From contig CBDBOH010000003.1 in NCBI GenBank assembly GCA_965208215.1, positions 1,470,880 to 1,534,879 of the forward strand: a DNA stretch of 64,000 nucleotides, in the 5' to 3' direction. The DNA is from Chloroflexota bacterium. GTDB lineage: Bacteria; Chloroflexota; UBA11872. The stretch's first letter is position 1, and each line of letters begins with the position of its first letter. This document shows, in pieces, positions 18,801-26,788 of the stretch. Under the pieces are notes generated by a model that had not been told where the DNA came from, ran no database searches, and saw only the letters and a program-made list of their open reading frames with translations. Both the position numbers and the translations under genes were made by a program.

Positions 18801-19574
18801 AGCCAACTGTCAAAATTGAAATTCATGTACTTGGGCTTCAACAGTCTAAGCGGTCCAATCCCCATGGAATTGGGCCATTTATCGAACCTGGTAGAACTCT
18901 CCTTGCGAGTCAACCCATTGGAAGGATCGATCCCGGCGTCGCTTGGCAATCTGCACAACCTTGAGGCTCTGCACCTGTCAGAAAGCGGGCTATCAGGTAC
19001 TATACCTGCCGAACTTGGTCAGCTTCATAAGCTTCGCGAGATGTGGCTAGGAGAAAACCATTTGTCTGGATCAATACCAGCTGAATTAGGACGTCTTGCC
19101 AGTCTATATCACCTGTATCTGGATGGGAATCAACTTGAAGGAACGATTCCTATGGAGTTGGGCAATCTCTCCAGCTTACGGGAACTGCATCTGCTCAGTA
19201 ATCATATCTCAGGCGAGATTCCGGCGGCACTTGGCCAACTCGCTAGCTTGGAGAGTCTCAATCTGGGCTCCAATCAGTTGACGGGATCCATTCCGGTGAG
19301 TCTCGGCCAGCTGTCAAACCTAGACAGCCTCCGCCTTCAGTACAACCGGTTGTCCGGGTCCATTCCAGTCTCGCTGGGACAATTGTCCAACCTCACGCTC
19401 CTCAACCTTGAGCACAACAACCTGTCGGGGACGATTCCTGGAGAAGTTGGACGCCTGAGTGGCCTGTGGATAGTTCACCTGGGTGGTAACCAGCTGTCCG
19501 GGTGCATTCCCGCCCATTGGCGAGACCTCCCGCACAATGATCTGCATACTCTCGGCCTGTCGTATTGCTCGTGA
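15807..19574 (+). CDS. giant secreted leucine-rich-repeat protein (about 56 plant-type LRRs in two capped blocks)
   Basis: Signal peptide MARLIGLGLAVGLLVAVTVLPVRA. N-terminal domain of about 250 aa, then two blocks of 24-aa LRRs (L..L..L.L..N.LSG.IP..LG.L..L). Each block is preceded by a Cys-containing cap C..G.VVPNP..NPGLV.DC..LL..RD.L.G...LNW....PI..W.GV.LGGSP.RV..L. Confidence 0.8.
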   Translation: MARLIGLGLAVGLLVAVTVLPVRALECGAEVGVPLDDGCVFTITGSDTPDPADGFAVSNAVDVPLWDFVRARDLQAIGYPISQRWIEGPFTLQAFQKVILQWDPGRRQMNYYNTLDALANRYPQVALPNVPIHEVLAADFGADFATVTQNHLAILDRNSKIRARFLAEPDWLNLYGLPIRYEAREVDGNPEGLQILRTQRAVFVIWNVPAPGTTVGQVLLQNVPDKVKQLTNVIIPDAAKAPVRPEAVEDLPRFTLTVQPTSLASNGPTNLEACAGGAVVPNPGLQPELVRDCLILLQIRDALVASGSLNWATDRPINEWQGIVLGGSPTRVRTLSINGGERGGTIPAEIGGLTGLHTLQIRGNASIGAIPPELGHLLSLGALDFSNNQLSGTIPPLIGRLANLQHLNLGHNRLSGSIPQELGQLGSLQVLHLYNNQLTGEIPIQLGRLAALTWLGLGRNDLAGGIPAELGQLSRLQTLKLDSNPLGGTIPIALTRLADLTELDLRGTRLTGGIPSEVGKLASLRTLDLGENQLTGPIPATLGQLSNLQILQLQYNPLNAEIPRELGRLRRLEKLVFTGSQLTGQIPDELGQLENLKELSLGVNKLTGAIPTSLGGLTALETLRAGNNQLSGPIPVAIGGLQNLRELALGTNRLSGPIPSGLAGLSQLQQLDLSGNSLTGLIPTELSRLAALTGIHLGGNGLTGSIPASLGELAKLRELSLGGNQLTGSIPPTLGYLARLESLGLGSNALSGAIPGDLGRLANLRELDLTFNQLSGPIPAALGQLSGLEWLGLRGNRLSGCLPADLASVRTRDIGPPEHPFCHAQATPDTDLGQGPTLQPSVDAADNGACTNGRVVPQPQANPGLVRDCKILFAARDTLAGGADLNWGADRTIAKWDGVVLGGSPPRVHELALSTVGLSGSIPVVIGELRALTRLDLSQNRITGPIPAQLGQLVRLTELHLNSNELSGHIPVELTGLSELQLLYLFGNSLTGRIPTELSQLSKLKFMYLGFNSLSGPIPMELGHLSNLVELSLRVNPLEGSIPASLGNLHNLEALHLSESGLSGTIPAELGQLHKLREMWLGENHLSGSIPAELGRLASLYHLYLDGNQLEGTIPMELGNLSSLRELHLLSNHISGEIPAALGQLASLESLNLGSNQLTGSIPVSLGQLSNLDSLRLQYNRLSGSIPVSLGQLSNLTLLNLEHNNLSGTIPGEVGRLSGLWIVHLGGNQLSGCIPAHWRDLPHNDLHTLGLSYCS

Positions 19575-19754
19575 CATTATTTGAGGACTTCTTTGCTGCA
19601 AACGTCAGGCGAAAGCTCTTCCGAATGCACCGATGGGCGCGCGACACTCGCCCTCACGAAGTGACTGACCACCGCTGTTTCAACCAGACTCGCCAGTCGG
19701 CTGGGCCGCTTAGCACGCATGAGGCAGCGGCCGACGCACGACGGCTAAAGCTTG

Positions 19755-20501
19755 CTAGACCATGAGTTCGCCGCCGGTGATGTCGAGGGCGGCGCCGGTG
19801 ATGTAGGCGGCGCGGTCGGAGGCGAGGAAGCAGACGAGTTCGGCGACCTCCGAAGGCGCGCCCATGCGGTTGAGGGGGATGGACGGGATGTATTCCTGGA
19901 TGCGCTCCTCGGACCAGGCGACGCGCAGCATGTCGGTGTCGATCATTCCCGGACAGACGGCGTTGACGGTGATGTCGTAGGCGGCCAGTTCCTTGGCGGC
20001 TGCCCGGGTGATGCCAAGCACGGCGGCCTTTGAGGTGGTGTAGGAGGCGCCGCCGACGGTGCTGACGTTCTTGCCGGCGGTGGACGAGAAATTCACGATG
20101 CGGCCGTAGCTGTTGGCCCGCATCGCCGGGATGACGGCCTGGGTGCAGAAGAAGACGCCGTTGACGTTGACGTCCAGGACCCGGCGCCACTCGGACTCCT
20201 CGATGGCCTCGAAGGCGGTGGGCGAGACGATGCCGGCGTTGTTGATGAGGATGTCCAGGCGGCCAAAATGCTCGGTGACGGCCGCGACCATGGCGTCAAC
20301 GGCCGACTTGTTGGCCACGTTGGCGGGGAAGGCCGCAGCATCGGCGCCGAGTTCGGACGCGACGGCTTCGATCTGATCGGCATTGACGTCGTTTACGGCA
20401 ACTTGTGCGCCGCCGGCCAGCAGGCGCTCGGCGGTGGCGCGGCCCATGCCGCGACCGGCTCCGGTTACCAATGCGACGCGACCCTGGAACTCAGCGGTCA
20501 T
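19755..20501 (-). CDS. SDR-family oxidoreductase (3-oxoacyl-ACP reductase-like)
   Basis: VALVTGAGRGMGRA...NNAG...YTTSKAAVLGITRAAAKE...ITVNAVCPG. Confidence 0.85.
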   Translation of the reverse strand: MTAEFQGRVALVTGAGRGMGRATAERLLAGGAQVAVNDVNADQIEAVASELGADAAAFPANVANKSAVDAMVAAVTEHFGRLDILINNAGIVSPTAFEAIEESEWRRVLDVNVNGVFFCTQAVIPAMRANSYGRIVNFSSTAGKNVSTVGGASYTTSKAAVLGITRAAAKELAAYDITVNAVCPGMIDTDMLRVAWSEERIQEYIPSIPLNRMGAPSEVAELVCFLASDRAAYITGAALDITGGELMV

Positions 20502-20564
20502 CTGGGCAATCTCCTCTGGTGATACGTCGGGGGTTTCTGAAACGTCATCCTGCCAGCAATTCAG

Positions 20565-21422
20565 TCATGCGGCCGCGACATCGAACCACAGGCCCCAGTG
20601 GTCGGAGGCGTACAGCGCGCCATCACGGTGGGTGGTTCCGAAGCGTCCTTCGGCGACAATCTTCAACGGAGAGTGGGCGCCCGCGCGGACCAACAAGTGG
20701 TCGATTCGAATTGGGGGCGCCTCAGGGTGCAACAAACCGGAAAGCCCAGCGTCCAGGATCTGGCGGTTATACATCGTGTTGCTGGTGGGCCAGGTCGGCG
20801 GCGCGTCCCGCAGCGAAGGCACGGACTTCAAGCCGACGGCTTGCGTGAGCGCGTAGAGCCTCGAGCTGAGAGGGGCGAGATTCAGGTCGCCGATCAGAAT
20901 CAGAAGGTCTGCGTCGTCGGACAACGCCGGAAGGACCTCAGCCAGTCGATCCACGGAAGCATTCTGCGCGTTCCGCAGACCCTGCATGGGCAGGTGCGTG
21001 CTTGCGACAACCAGGCGAGCTCCGTTGAGGTCCCAGCGAGCCGTTAGCAGCCAGGGCTCGTGAAACCCGAGGTTTGCAACCGAGCGTCGGTCGGCTAGCT
21101 GGTGTCGCGAGGTTTCAATGTGAGGCTCGCCGGCCAATAGCGCCGGACCCATGCGTGAGCCTGGATGCGTGGTGGGGGCGTCGATCCAGTCCACGACGAT
21201 CAGGCCCGAATCGGCCGCGACCTGCGCGGGCGTTGACTCGCCGTTTTCCCAGGGGCGACTGGCGGAGCGCGTCTCGTGAAGGAAGACAGCGTCCGGCTTA
21301 AGGCCGGCGAGCTCGGCCGCCACCAGCGGACGACGGCGCGGCCACTCCCAGGAGAAGCCCCAGATGTTCCAGCAGGCGATGCGGAGTCTGCCGGAAGCGC
21401 CGGGAGCGGAACGGGACGTCAC
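20565..21422 (-). CDS. endonuclease/exonuclease/phosphatase (EEP) family protein
   Basis: LRIACWNIWG...ASTHLPMQ...ILIGDLNL pattern. Confidence 0.65.
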   Translation of the reverse strand: MTSRSAPGASGRLRIACWNIWGFSWEWPRRRPLVAAELAGLKPDAVFLHETRSASRPWENGESTPAQVAADSGLIVVDWIDAPTTHPGSRMGPALLAGEPHIETSRHQLADRRSVANLGFHEPWLLTARWDLNGARLVVASTHLPMQGLRNAQNASVDRLAEVLPALSDDADLLILIGDLNLAPLSSRLYALTQAVGLKSVPSLRDAPPTWPTSNTMYNRQILDAGLSGLLHPEAPPIRIDHLLVRAGAHSPLKIVAEGRFGTTHRDGALYASDHWGLWFDVAAA

Positions 21423-21451
21423 GGCGCGCCGGCGCGAAGCAAGGGCTGAGG

Positions 21452-22132
21452 TCAGGCCTTAATCGCGGACAGGCGGCCTTCGAACAGAAACCGGTCGAAC
21501 AGGTCGTCCAGATTCATGCTCGAGACGTCCTGGAGCACGTCGTCGGCCGCGCGCGTACGCAAGCGGCCCTGGGTCAGCGGCAAGGCCTCCGAAATCCCGT
21601 CCGCCGCAAGCGTTTGCTGCAAGCCAACGACGGCGGCCAGTTCCAGTGCGCCCAGGGGCAGGAAGGTCAGGCCGGTGTGGTGGTAGCCGCCCTCGCCGTT
21701 GACGGCGCGAACCGCGAACTGGGTGACGCGACGCCGTTCCTCGTACTCCAGCTCGATCACGTCCACGACGCGGCCTTCGCCGGCGCCTTCGGCAACCACG
21801 AGCACGCAGTTGTTCGAACCCTGGGACGGCTGGAAGTCGGCGGTCGGCTGCAGCGGGTGTTCGGCTACGAGGATTTCGACTTCCTCAGTCCGAGGAATGG
21901 CCTGTAGCAGACCATGCACCTCACCGTGACCGGCGTTCCGGTCCTGGGTCTGCACGTCCGCCGCCTGGGGTACGGCGCCGGGGTCGGAGGTAATGACCGT
22001 GATGGCGTCCGCACCGATTTCGCGCAGTTGCTCGATGGTGGCGTCCAGCGGCGCGTTGCCGCCGTCCGGGGCGGCCGCCCCGTCCGCCGTGTGTCCGTTG
22101 TCGACAAAGATCACGCCCCGCAAGTCAGCCAT
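21452..22132 (-). CDS. hypothetical protein (possible nucleotidyltransferase-like fold)
   Basis: 226-aa ORF with coding-like composition; GVIFVDNGHTADG...ITVITSD. No confident family assignment. Confidence 0.35.
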   Translation of the reverse strand: MADLRGVIFVDNGHTADGAAAPDGGNAPLDATIEQLREIGADAITVITSDPGAVPQAADVQTQDRNAGHGEVHGLLQAIPRTEEVEILVAEHPLQPTADFQPSQGSNNCVLVVAEGAGEGRVVDVIELEYEERRRVTQFAVRAVNGEGGYHHTGLTFLPLGALELAAVVGLQQTLAADGISEALPLTQGRLRTRAADDVLQDVSSMNLDDLFDRFLFEGRLSAIKA

Positions 22133-22236
22133 AGCACCGCCGAGAATTGCCGCTCAACCGGCATACAGTACGGCATATCGGCGGCAGCGCCAGAGAAAAG
22201 GCGCGCGTAGTCTTCATTCGGGCGGCTCGCCGACGG

Positions 22237-23052
22237 CTAGCCGATTGTCGATCCGGCTGGAAGCAGGTGAGCGAGCCGCGGCCTCAGGTTGTCCGGCGCC
22301 TCGTCGTAAACCTCGCGCGGCAGGTCCTCGACGAACGAGTCGATCCCGTCGCCGACGATCACCTGGCGTTCCACGTGGCCGCGGCGGGTCGGGTTGAGGT
22401 TCAGCCACCAGGGGGCGAAGCGGACCACCACGGTGACGCGATCCTGATCGGTCGTGTTGGGCGAGACCGCATGCCAGAGGCGGCTGTCCACGATGGCCAC
22501 CGAGCCGGCCGTGCCCAGGAGGCGGGCTTCGTCGTCGCGCGGGGCCATCCAGTCGCCGAGCGGGCTGCCGGGACGCGGGTGGTCCTGCTGGCGGTGGCTG
22601 CCGGGCACCACGTACGTCGCGCCGTTCTCGGGCGTGAAATCGGTCAACATCCAGAACGTGGTGAGGTGCATGGGCACGTCCGGATAGGGCGCGGGGATAT
22701 GGGCCAGGTTGCGCTGGTTGTAGGGAAAGTCGGCGTGCCAGATGTCGCGGTCGGTTCCGGGGCCCGTGACGTAGCCGGTCACGTACGAGATGCGCCAGTG
22801 GGGTCCGAGGACGCCCTGGGTGACGGTGTCGACTTGCTCGTCGCCCAGGTGGGGCAGCAGGGCCTGATCGAAGCGCAGCAGGTTAGAGACCCCGTAGCGG
22901 GGGGCGGGGGAACGCGAGTTTTGGATGATGGACGTCGACACCTTCTCGCGAACGTCGCTGAGGGCCGGTTCCGAGATGATGTCCGGGATTACGCACCAGC
23001 CGCGTGTCCGCAGGTCGTCCACATGTGATTCAAGCCCGTTCGATGCGCTCAT
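22237..23052 (-). CDS. phytanoyl-CoA dioxygenase (PhyH) family Fe(II)/2-oxoglutarate oxygenase
   Basis: 271-aa ORF: RGWCVIPDIISEPALSDV...HADFPYNQ...GSVAIVDSRLWHAVSPN. Confidence 0.7.
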   Translation of the reverse strand: MSASNGLESHVDDLRTRGWCVIPDIISEPALSDVREKVSTSIIQNSRSPAPRYGVSNLLRFDQALLPHLGDEQVDTVTQGVLGPHWRISYVTGYVTGPGTDRDIWHADFPYNQRNLAHIPAPYPDVPMHLTTFWMLTDFTPENGATYVVPGSHRQQDHPRPGSPLGDWMAPRDDEARLLGTAGSVAIVDSRLWHAVSPNTTDQDRVTVVVRFAPWWLNLNPTRRGHVERQVIVGDGIDSFVEDLPREVYDEAPDNLRPRLAHLLPAGSTIG

Positions 23053-23225
23053 CGGCGTCTCCGCCGGCGGACCTGTCGGCCCGGCCGTTCGTGCGTTCGC
23101 CTGCTCCGGGCAGGCAACGACTGCAACTTACGGAATGCTAGCAACGCTGGCGGGTAGTGGTCTCCAGCGAATCGACGGACCGCGACCAAGCAGCGATGGG
23201 CGCCGCAGCCCTGACCTCGTCGGTG

Positions 23226-23411
23226 TCAACAGCCGTCGTTGCCGCAGTGGGCCTTGGGATCCTTGTAGGGGAAGGGGTCGTCGCGAGTTCCCGCGGTCGA
23301 ACCGTCGTCCCCGCAGGCCGCGCCAAGACCGACGGCCATGACCGCGAACGCGCCGAGCAGGGCTCCGCTAAACCGTCGGCGGCTAAGCGTCCGCCGGAAT
23401 CTCCTGTCCAC
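23226..23411 (-). CDS. small secreted Cys-containing peptide, paralog C (GTG start)
   Basis: VDRRFRRTLSRRRFSGALLGAFAVMAVGLGAACGDDGSTAGTRDDPFPYKDPKAHCGNDGC aligns residue for residue with paralogs A and B. SD AGGAGACGG 6 nt upstream; listed ORF 23226..23684 is an in-frame upstream extension. Confidence 0.5.
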   Translation of the reverse strand: MDRRFRRTLSRRRFSGALLGAFAVMAVGLGAACGDDGSTAGTRDDPFPYKDPKAHCGNDGC

Positions 23412-23442
23412 TGCGCCGTCTCCTGGTGCTTCGGCCGTAGCC

Positions 23443-23471
23443 ATTACAACTAGAGCGGACGGTCCTGGCAA
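23443..23471 (-). promoter_or_regulatory. sigma70-like promoter of peptide paralog C: TTGCCA-N17-TGTAAT
   Basis: -10 TGTAAT lies 31 nt upstream of the GTG; -35 TTGCCA has exact 17-bp spacing. The same architecture is conserved upstream of all three paralogs. Confidence 0.4.
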
Positions 23472-23577
23472 ACGGGGCGCCGCGAGGCCGCCAATGCAGA
23501 GTGATTCGTCCGCGCCCGAATCGGCAGCAGACGTTCCGGCCCCAGGCCTCGAGGTCTTTCCAGCGACGGGAGTCGCG

Positions 23578-23769
23578 TCAGCAGCTAGTTCCCAGGTTGC
23601 CGCAGCGGGATCTTGGGTCCTTGACGGGGAAGGGATCGTCGCGGGTACCCGCGGTCGAACCGTCGTCCCCGCAGGCCGCGCCAAGGCCGACGGCCGTGAG
23701 CGTCAGCGCGCCGAACAGTACTCCAGCAAAGCGTCGACGGGTGAGCGGTCGTCGGGACCGATAGTCCAT
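23578..23769 (-). CDS. small secreted Cys-containing peptide, paralog B
   Basis: MDYRSRRPLTRRRFAGVLFGALTLTAVGLGAACGDDGSTAGTRDDPFPVKDPRSRCGNLGTSC; SD AGGAGTCGG. Confidence 0.5.
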   Translation of the reverse strand: MDYRSRRPLTRRRFAGVLFGALTLTAVGLGAACGDDGSTAGTRDDPFPVKDPRSRCGNLGTSC

Positions 23770-23801
23770 TGCGCCGACTCCTGACTCTTCGGGCCGTAAC
23801 C

Positions 23802-23830
23802 ATTACAACGCGTGCGGATGGCTGTGGCAA
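23802..23830 (-). promoter_or_regulatory. sigma70-like promoter of peptide paralog B: TTGCCA-N17-TGTAAT
   Basis: Same spacing and sequence as the paralog C promoter. Confidence 0.4.
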
Positions 23831-23879
23831 ACAGGGCGGCGCCACACGCTCGACTTTCAGGAGCCCGTTGGGCTCGGAA

Positions 23880-24068
23880 TTAGCAGCGCACGTTGCCGCA
23901 GCGGGCCTTGGGGTCCTTGTAGGGGAACGGGTCGTCGCGGGTGCCGGCGGGCCGACCGGAGTCATCGCCGCAAGCCGGGCCAAGTCCCACGGCCACAACT
24001 GTGAGCGCGCCGAGCAACGCGCTGCCAAATCGTCGCCTGGTGAAAGGCCGCCGGGGCTTTCCGTCCAT
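23880..24068 (-). CDS. small secreted Cys-containing peptide, paralog A
   Basis: MDGKPRRPFTRRRFGSALLGALTVVAVGLGPACGDDSGRPAGTRDDPFPYKDPKARCGNVRC; SD GGGAGACGG. Confidence 0.5.
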   Translation of the reverse strand: MDGKPRRPFTRRRFGSALLGALTVVAVGLGPACGDDSGRPAGTRDDPFPYKDPKARCGNVRC

Positions 24069-24100
24069 CGTGCCGTCTCCCGATATTTCGGGCAGCGATC

Positions 24101-24129
24101 ATTAGAACGACTGTTCCGGAATTAGGCAA
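24101..24129 (-). promoter_or_regulatory. sigma70-like promoter of peptide paralog A: TTGCCT-N17-TCTAAT
   Basis: Same architecture as the other two, with a conserved leader element GCCCGAA before the SD. Confidence 0.35.
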
Positions 24130-24197
24130 GCACGCGGGCCTCACGGGATCGCGGCCAAACGGTTTGCAGGGACTCTCAGCTGGCGCTCAGTCGCGGC

Positions 24198-25178
24198 TCA
24201 CCACTGGAACACCGTGCCCATGAGCTGCGACGAGTCATCCCGCAACGTGGCGTAGATGCGGGGCGCGTCGTTCGCCGGGACGACGTCCTGGATCAGCGGC
24301 GCGATCTGGACCAAGCCCCGGCCCACGAGACGGCACAGGTTCCGCAGGTCATCCCGGTCGAAGTGGCTGTTCTGCTTGATGGTGATCTCCTGGGCCTGGC
24401 CGGTCCTGAAGGTGTAGTTCACTTCCCAGCGACCCGCGACCAGGATCACGCGGCCCTGCAGGCGGACGCACGTGATCAGCTTGTCCTCCGTGCCCGGGAC
24501 GCCCGCAAAGTCGATCACGGCGTCAAAGGCGCCCTCGCCGATATGCCGATCCCAGCCATCGCCGGAGACGTCCACCACCGACTCGGCGGCGCCGATCGAG
24601 CGGGCTAGCTCCAGCCGACGTCCGGCGACGTCGCCGATGGTGACGCGCGCGCCCATGACCGTGGCGATCTGCGCCGCCATCTGCCCGATGCAGCCGGCCC
24701 CGCCGACGATCAGCACTCGCTCGCCCATCCTCAACTCGGCATTGCGGCAACTGCGCATCGCCACCCCGCCCATGCCGAACAAGGCGGCGTGCAGAGGATC
24801 GATCTCCGAGGGCAGCTTGAGGACCAGGTCGTCCTCCGCGATGGTGACGAACTCCACGTGACCGGCCGGGCTCCGCCGCGTTCCACTGTGGGCGCCGATG
24901 AACACCAGGTCGCCAAGGCTCAGGTCCTCGACCTCGGGTCCGACGGCGACTACCTCGCCGACGCTCTGGTAGCCCTCGTTCGAGGGCAGCTCGTGGTCCG
25001 GGCGCGAGTAGTTGCCGCCCAGCATGTTGTTGCGCTCGGTGCCGTTGGTGATTCCGCTGTAGATGTTCCGGGCCTTGATCTCGTTGGCCCGTGGCTCGTC
25101 CGTGTACTCGGGCCAGTCATGCACCAGCCGCTTGCCCCGGCGTCCGTCGGCTTCGAGCACGGTTACCAGCGCACGCAT
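24198..25178 (-). CDS. zinc-dependent alcohol dehydrogenase / MDR-family oxidoreductase
   Basis: MRALVTV...GGAGCIGQMAAQIA...; internal ATG 25178 with GGAGGG SD (listed ORF extends to 25316). Confidence 0.75.
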   Translation of the reverse strand: MRALVTVLEADGRRGKRLVHDWPEYTDEPRANEIKARNIYSGITNGTERNNMLGGNYSRPDHELPSNEGYQSVGEVVAVGPEVEDLSLGDLVFIGAHSGTRRSPAGHVEFVTIAEDDLVLKLPSEIDPLHAALFGMGGVAMRSCRNAELRMGERVLIVGGAGCIGQMAAQIATVMGARVTIGDVAGRRLELARSIGAAESVVDVSGDGWDRHIGEGAFDAVIDFAGVPGTEDKLITCVRLQGRVILVAGRWEVNYTFRTGQAQEITIKQNSHFDRDDLRNLCRLVGRGLVQIAPLIQDVVPANDAPRIYATLRDDSSQLMGTVFQW

Positions 25179-25200
25179 GACAGTCCCTCCTCGGCCTCGG

Positions 25201-25878
25201 CTAGAGCTTTCCGGCAGCCCAGCGGATGCCGCGATGCAGCACCGTGCGGAAGCCGGGGTTGGCGTAGGCGGCGTTGTCGTGGCCGGACTGAAAGCAGAAC
25301 ACGCGAGACTTCCCAAACTGCCGCGTCCAGGCCAGGGTTCGCATGCTCAGCTCGTGGTCGGTGGTCAGCAGGACGCGGCTGCCTTCATCGGCGCTGCCCA
25401 TCGTGTAGGTCTCGTCGGGCAATTCCCAGTCGGCCAGTCCGGTGGTGATGGGATGGTCCGGATCGGACACGTGCACCGGCACCCGCTGGTTCATGTGGTA
25501 GCCGAAGGTCCGCTCGTCGATGCCGCAAATTTGCGACCAGCGCGGCCATTCGGGGAAGGCCAGGATGGCGTGATGCAGGACCACAATGCCCTGCGAGGTC
25601 TCGCCCAGCGACTCCAGCGCCGCCGCCGTCCGCTCGTCCGGCGCCGGCCGGTGAAAGTTGTAAAAGACCAGCACGTCGTACGCGTCGCGCACGCCGCCGC
25701 GATCGGCCACGAAGTTCTCCAGCGACTGCGGGTAGGCGTCGACGTCCGCCATGCTGCGGAACGCCGCCTGGAACCCGGGCACGTCAAACAGGTGCTCGCC
25801 GGTGATGACCGCAGCCGTGATCGTGTCGACGTTATTTGCAAGGCGTCCCACGCGAGACCTCTCAGACAGTTCCAGCAC
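25201..25878 (-). CDS. ThuA-family (trehalose utilization, class-I glutamine amidotransferase-like) protein
   Basis: YDVLVFYNFH...GIVVLHHAILAFPEWP...CFQSGHD. Confidence 0.65.
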   Translation of the reverse strand: MLELSERSRVGRLANNVDTITAAVITGEHLFDVPGFQAAFRSMADVDAYPQSLENFVADRGGVRDAYDVLVFYNFHRPAPDERTAAALESLGETSQGIVVLHHAILAFPEWPRWSQICGIDERTFGYHMNQRVPVHVSDPDHPITTGLADWELPDETYTMGSADEGSRVLLTTDHELSMRTLAWTRQFGKSRVFCFQSGHDNAAYANPGFRTVLHRGIRWAAGKL

Positions 25879-25897
25879 GGCCGGCTGCCGCCGGCAG

Positions 25898-26728
25898 CTA
25901 ACCCTTCGCCGCCTTCAGCGCCTCGACCTGCTCGCGGATGCCGACTTCGGTGGGCAGGCGTTCGATGCTCGAGGCGCCAAAGAACCCGGCCACGCCTTCG
26001 GTGTTCGCCAGGACATGGCGCACGTCGCCGGGATCCGCGATCGGCCCGCCATGGCACAGCACTACCGAGTCCGGTTTCTCGGCCACGGCGGCGTCGTGAA
26101 TCGCCTGCACGCTCGCCACCGCGTCGTCCAGCGTCAGCGCCGTCGTGGCCCCGATCGACCCCTTGGTCGTCAGCCCCATGTGCGGCACCAACACGTCCGC
26201 GCCCGCCCGGCTCATCGCCACCGCCTGGTCGGGATCGAACACGTAGGGACAGGTCAGCATGTCCAGCTCATTGGCCTGGCGGATCAGGTCCACCTCCAGG
26301 CCGAAGCCCATGTTGGTCTCTTCCAGGCCCTGGCGAAAGATGCCGTCGATCAGGCCCACCGTCGGGAAATTCTGCACGCCGTCGAAGCCCATGGCCTTCA
26401 GCTGCTTCAGAAACGTGGGCATCAGCCGGAACGGGTCGGTCCCGCACACTCCCGCCAGCACCGGCGTGTCCTGCACCACCGGCAGCACCTCGGATGCCAT
26501 GTCCACCACGATGGCGTTGGCGTCGCCGAAGGGCATCATCCCCGAAAGCGACCCGCGGCCCGCCATCCGGAAGCGGCCCGAGTTGTAAATGATGATCAGG
26601 TCCGCACCGCCCTGTTCGGCGAACTTGGCCGTGATGCCGGTGCCGGCGCCGCAGCCGATGATCGGCTCACCGGCGTCCAGCGTGGCCCGCAAGCGCCGCA
26701 GCGCCTCAGCGCGTGGGATGTACGGCAT
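25898..26728 (-). CDS. TIM-barrel PEP-hydrolase-like protein (homolog of Tm-1 C-terminal domain)
   Basis: [35 protein letters not shown]...VLCHGGPI. Confidence 0.65.
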   Translation of the reverse strand: MPYIPRAEALRRLRATLDAGEPIIGCGAGTGITAKFAEQGGADLIIIYNSGRFRMAGRGSLSGMMPFGDANAIVVDMASEVLPVVQDTPVLAGVCGTDPFRLMPTFLKQLKAMGFDGVQNFPTVGLIDGIFRQGLEETNMGFGLEVDLIRQANELDMLTCPYVFDPDQAVAMSRAGADVLVPHMGLTTKGSIGATTALTLDDAVASVQAIHDAAVAEKPDSVVLCHGGPIADPGDVRHVLANTEGVAGFFGASSIERLPTEVGIREQVEALKAAKG

Positions 26729-26788
26729 GCGCGTGGTCCTTTCGTTCGGTTGAGGAGTCGCTCAGCAGCACGGCGTGTCGCCGCATCG

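Noticed and set aside
19575-19754. tRNA or small RNA genes in this and other intergenic spacers (4398-4657, 5970-6163)
   Set aside because: No cloverleaf-compatible sequence, no GTTCGAATC-type T-arm box and no CCA-adjacent acceptor pairing found by eye. No tRNA or rRNA is called anywhere in the window.
23138-23326. A fourth peptide paralog (ORF 23138..23326, 62 aa)
   Set aside because: It is an alternate-frame read across the 3' end of paralog C and lacks the conserved RRRF...AACGDD...DPFP pattern. Only three true copies exist.
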